Shown: positions 63,235 to 64,000 of the stretch, piece by piece
Layout of the letters: each line of letters starts with the position of its first letter
How positions within the stretch are numbered: the first letter of the stretch is position 1
NCBI RefSeq assembly: GCF_032444005.1
Contig: NC_091284.1
Span: forward strand, 619,628,001-619,692,000
Source: Ranitomeya imitator
Taxonomy: Eukaryota
Length of the DNA stretch: 64,000 nucleotides
Direction: 5' to 3'
Notes under the pieces: generated by a model
The model's database searches: none
What the model was told of the DNA's origin: nothing
What the model saw: the letters and a program-made list of their open reading frames with translations, nothing else
Made by a program: the position numbers and the translations under genes

Positions 63235-64000
63235 AAGACTCGTTCATGCCCACTATTGGTGCGTTGCTTTGTTGCCTCTTTATGTCTAGGAACGCTTTAT
63301 ATGTTTCTGGTTTTGTTATCATCATTCATCACTTTTATATTTTGAACTAGGTCTTCTGTTTAGCAATAACTTGCAGTAGCCTAGGTAGAATTTGGATCTC
63401 TATGTGAACAGCACTACTAGGACTCTAATTTAATATAAGCACCTTTCGTACTAGTATCACTCCTGCTGGTTCTATATGTGATGTCTTTGTCAACAACACC
63501 AGACCGTATGCCCTTGACCTGCATGTCCAAATATATTTTGATAATTGGTGCTTCTGCAGTGATTTTGTCTTTTTGTAGTAGTGCCACATTCCATCTGTGG
63601 CCCACTTTGAGTTTACATGGAATATGTATATATATATAATATTATTCTGCCCTTGAAAGAGGCTTTAGGTTGCTTTATTAAACCAGCAATTTTACATGTA
63701 AATATTTATTTTTGTCATGCTTTCCAGCCATTTTAAGTCTACCATTACTTGTTTGTAATGACGTATTTGGTGTTGACATACAGTGAGCATAGGTTTCCAC
63801 GTGCCCCGGGCAATTTTGCCTGGAGCGTGATGGGAGCCCACATTTGCACCCTGATTAAGACTTTTGGGGTTGGACAAAGTGTAACTGGGGAATCCCAGCA
63901 ATCCCATATAGGGCCAATGCTGGCTGAGTTATAGCATGACTTGAGTGTCTATGATATGATATTGCACATAAGGTATGGAGTCTTTAAGTCTTGTAATAGT

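Larger units (their letters stand above)
59966..64000 (+). mobile_element. Penelope-like retroelement, tandem unit 3 (runs off the window)
   Basis: 6070-bp periodicity continues. Confidence 0.92.

Overview
Repeat-dense eukaryotic DNA, probably an anuran (frog) genome (inferred from repeat types, not verified), with two N gaps. No host gene was identified. Positions 1-40.4 kb are nested, mostly decayed TEs: a Tc1, piggyBac-like elements including a transposase pseudogene, a BEL/Pao gag fragment, solo-LTR-like pieces, L2-like tails, Harbinger-like MITEs and a satellite-bearing Helitron. From 40,600 to the window end is a very young Penelope-like (PLE, Neptune-like) locus. It has one inverted 5'-truncated copy joined head-to-head to a head-to-tail array of near-identical ~6.07-kb units. 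Each unit carries an upstream ORF1 (252/253 aa from ATG), an intact RT + GIY-YIG ORF2 and one hammerhead-ribozyme-like motif. Best lead: ORF2 is in the -1 frame of ORF1 and overlaps it, and a U_UUU_UUA heptamer (the HIV-1 gag-pol slippery sequence) sits in correct phase 16 nt after the -1 frame opens. This predicts a gag-pol-like programmed -1 frameshift giving a ~1045-aa fusion. The hammerhead core is also non-canonical (extra A after A9, GAC instead of GAA) in all four copies.
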